Shown in pieces: positions 61,776 through 64,000 of a stretch of 64,000 nucleotides of DNA. Position 1 is the stretch's first letter, and each line of letters opens with the position of its first letter. Both the position numbers and the translations under genes were made by a program. The DNA comes from Longimicrobiales bacterium (lineage in GTDB: Bacteria > Gemmatimonadota > Gemmatimonadetes > Longimicrobiales > Gaopeijiaceae): assembly GCA_041690395.1 (NCBI GenBank), contig JAWLHJ010000002.1:500751-564750 (forward strand), in the 5' to 3' direction. The notes under the pieces are model-generated. The model made no database searches. It saw only the letters and a program-made list of their open reading frames with translations, and had not been told where the DNA came from.

Positions 61776-62378
61776 TCAGTCCTGCCCGACCGTCCGCCGT
61801 ATCAGGGTGATCGGCTGCGGATAGCGAATGGGGCCGAGCACCGTCTGCACGACCGGCGACGCCCGAACCGCGAGCTCGGCGGGCTCACCACCGGCTCCCG
61901 CCAGAGACAGGGCCAGGTCGAAGAGATCGCGGGCCGATCCCTCGTAGAACTCGACGAGGTTGAGCGAGACGGGGAACGGGACGTCACGCGGCTCACCGGG
62001 GGGAAGGAGCACCTCGTCGTCGAAGACCCCCGACAGCGTCTCCCGACCCTCGATGAGGAGCGTCCAGTCCATCCGCACCAGTCGGGCCTCCACGGAGTTG
62101 TCCTCGGGGTTCAGCGCCGTCAGGTGGACGTTCATGGAGAGCGGGAGGTCCCGGTCCGCGACGGCGGCCGTCAGCCTCGCCACGTCGGCGAATCCCAGGT
62201 CGGAAAACGAGCGGACCCGGTCGAGCTCGACACCGGCCATCCGGACGTCGGCGACGCGGTCGAAGGAGAAGTCGACGTCACGGAGGGCCATGACCTGCTG
62301 GAGCGTTGCGCACCCCGACCAGACGACGGCCGCGAAGGCGACCACGGCGACACGCTCGAACGTCCTTCTGGACGGCAT
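61776..62378 (-). CDS. Lipoprotein, LEA_2/WHy-like
   Basis: WSGC lipobox; ALNPEDNSVEARLVRMDWTL resembles the WHy-domain N-P-N region. Confidence 0.65.
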   Translation of the reverse strand: MPSRRTFERVAVVAFAAVVWSGCATLQQVMALRDVDFSFDRVADVRMAGVELDRVRSFSDLGFADVARLTAAVADRDLPLSMNVHLTALNPEDNSVEARLVRMDWTLLIEGRETLSGVFDDEVLLPPGEPRDVPFPVSLNLVEFYEGSARDLFDLALSLAGAGGEPAELAVRASPVVQTVLGPIRYPQPITLIRRTVGQD

Positions 62379-62477
62379 AGGAACTCTCGGCTGAGCCGGG
62401 CTTCTGGACCTGTCGCGAAACGCGCCCGGACGTTACATCGATGTCTCGAATATCGATGAACTTCCAGGGATCCTACA

Positions 62478-63314
62478 ATGACCGCAACGAGCACCCGATT
62501 CTTCCTCACCGCGACCTTCCTCCCGCTGCTCGCTCTGGGGTGCGGCGGGGCCGACGATACCGACGCTCCCGCGACCGACGCGGGCGCTTCGATGGGGGCC
62601 GTGACGAGTGAGGGGAACCCGATGATCGATCTACTCGCGGACGGCCAGGTGGTGTTCGGAATCTTCTCGGGCGAGCAGTCGGCCGAGGGCGGACGCTTGA
62701 TGGCTGACGGACCCGACGTGGACTTCGTCTTCTACTCCCTGGAGTCGGGTCCCTTCGACCTCGATGCGATGGCCGCGTACATGGACGGGCTCGCCGAGGC
62801 GTCCGCGGGCACACCGGCGCCGATCGCGCTCCGCATCCCGCCCATTCGCGACGACCGGCAGGCTGCCGTGGAGCGTACACGCCAGGGCCTCGCTGCCGGC
62901 GCCCAGGCCATCGTGTACCCTCACGTAGAGTCGGTGGACGACGTGGCCCTGACGGTCGAGGCCATCGGAGACCGGCTCTGGCCGACCCGGGCCGACGGCG
63001 ACGTGCTCAGCGTCCTCCTCATCGAGGACCAGGTCGGCATCGAGCGCGCGAGCGAGATCGTCGGCGCGGCCGGGGCGGGCGTCGTGATCCCCGGGCCCGG
63101 CGACCTCCGTCGAGCCTACGAAGGGGACATGGAGGCCGTGGAAGGCGCCATCCAGACCGTGCTCGCGGCATGCCTGGAGCTCGACGTACCGTGCGGGATC
63201 ACCGCCGGAGTCGACGATATCGCGACGCGCATCGAGCAGGGCTTCCGCTTCTTCATCGTCACCGAGCCCGAGGCGGTCGCCGTCGGCCGGGCCGCGGCCG
63301 GGAGGAGCGAGTGA
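62478..63314 (+). CDS. HpcH/HpaI aldolase-fold lipoprotein
   Basis: LALGC lipobox; ALRIP, IVYPHVES, LLIEDQ, GPGDL, VPCGI, EQGFRF. Confidence 0.8.
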   Translation: MTATSTRFFLTATFLPLLALGCGGADDTDAPATDAGASMGAVTSEGNPMIDLLADGQVVFGIFSGEQSAEGGRLMADGPDVDFVFYSLESGPFDLDAMAAYMDGLAEASAGTPAPIALRIPPIRDDRQAAVERTRQGLAAGAQAIVYPHVESVDDVALTVEAIGDRLWPTRADGDVLSVLLIEDQVGIERASEIVGAAGAGVVIPGPGDLRRAYEGDMEAVEGAIQTVLAACLELDVPCGITAGVDDIATRIEQGFRFFIVTEPEAVAVGRAAAGRSE

Positions 63315-64000
63315 TGGTCAGGAGACTCGCCGTCGGCGTCGTCGCCCTGCTCGTCGCTTGCGGAGGGGACTCGGGCGAATCGTCCGAGCCGTCGATCTCG
63401 GGGTCGGTCGAGCGCCCGCGCCTCATCGCGCTCTGGGAGGAGGGTACTCCGGCGTTCGGGGTGTTCGTGCCGAGCGAGCGGGAGCGCGGCGCGACCGACG
63501 CGGACGGCAACCGCCTGCCCCCGCTCTACACCGCAGATGGCGCGAACCGCCTCGCCCAGAACGAGAGGCTCGACTACCTCTTCCTGAACCTCGAGGGCTC
63601 GTACGACCCGGGGGCGGTCACCGCGATGGTCGAGGGGCTCGACGGAGCCCCCGTCGATTCCCCTCCGACGCTCCTGGTCCGGGTCCCGACCATCGCCGAC
63701 GCGGGCGCCGAGGCGACACGCGCCAGGGTGGCCGAGATCGTGGCGGCGGGCGCGGACGGCGTCGTCATCCCGCACATCCGGAATCCGGATGAGGCACGCC
63801 TCGCCGTGAGCTTCTTCCAGGAGGCCGGAGCCGACGTCTGGTCACCGGCCAATCCCGACGGCACGTTCGTCGCCATGCTGATGGTCGAAGACGAAGAGGC
63901 GGTCCAGAGCGCGGCGGAGATCCTGGCCGTGCCGGGCTACAGCATGCTCTCCTGCGGCATCGGGAGCCTCACGGGAGACCTCGATGGCGATCGTGAGGCG
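63314..64000 (+). CDS. Second HpcH/HpaI aldolase-fold lipoprotein (partial, runs off the right edge)
   Basis: Own translation: MVRRLAVGVVALLVACGG...LDYLFLNLE...LLVRVP...VVIPHIRN...MLMVEDEE...CGIGSL; TGATG coupling to the upstream gene. Confidence 0.8.
   Translation, partial: MVRRLAVGVVALLVACGGDSGESSEPSISGSVERPRLIALWEEGTPAFGVFVPSERERGATDADGNRLPPLYTADGANRLAQNERLDYLFLNLEGSYDPGAVTAMVEGLDGAPVDSPPTLLVRVPTIADAGAEATRARVAEIVAAGADGVVIPHIRNPDEARLAVSFFQEAGADVWSPANPDGTFVAMLMVEDEEAVQSAAEILAVPGYSMLSCGIGSLTGDLDGDREA

Overview
High-GC (about 70% by eye) bacterial chromosomal segment, densely coding, with no rRNA, tRNA, CRISPR, integrase or transposase recognised. Gene content (ADOP-type permease, PEP-CTERM protein, many lipoproteins, TonB receptor) fits a diderm such as Gemmatimonadota or Acidobacteriota, which is inference only. 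Bases 1-17.8 kb are an all-minus-strand copper region: CsoR-CopZ-P1B ATPase, CusRS-like two-component system, CusCBA-like RND pump, CopA multicopper oxidase, CopB, and a truncated (His-Asp-Gly)n ORF at the left edge. It carries a CsoR-type operator and three copies of an ATGAA-N6-TTCAT-like box. Bases 20.5-27.4 kb hold a nitrogen module: a GAF-AAA+ (NifA-like) activator, a sigma54 promoter, PII-Amt-GlnD, and matching paired palindromes upstream of both the operon and the activator. The rest is mixed: pdxH, lactate permease, solo GroES plus an RNA m5C methyltransferase, ilvD-panE, a YeeE pair, MscS coupled to a 1076-aa degenerate P-loop protein, an L,D-transpeptidase, soxCD, a sigma54-driven PEP-CTERM gene, nadAC, a TonB receptor, and a tandem pair of lipoprotein HpcH-like aldolase-fold proteins. 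All calls come from motif recognition by eye and no searches were run. Several start codons were moved from the ORF track.
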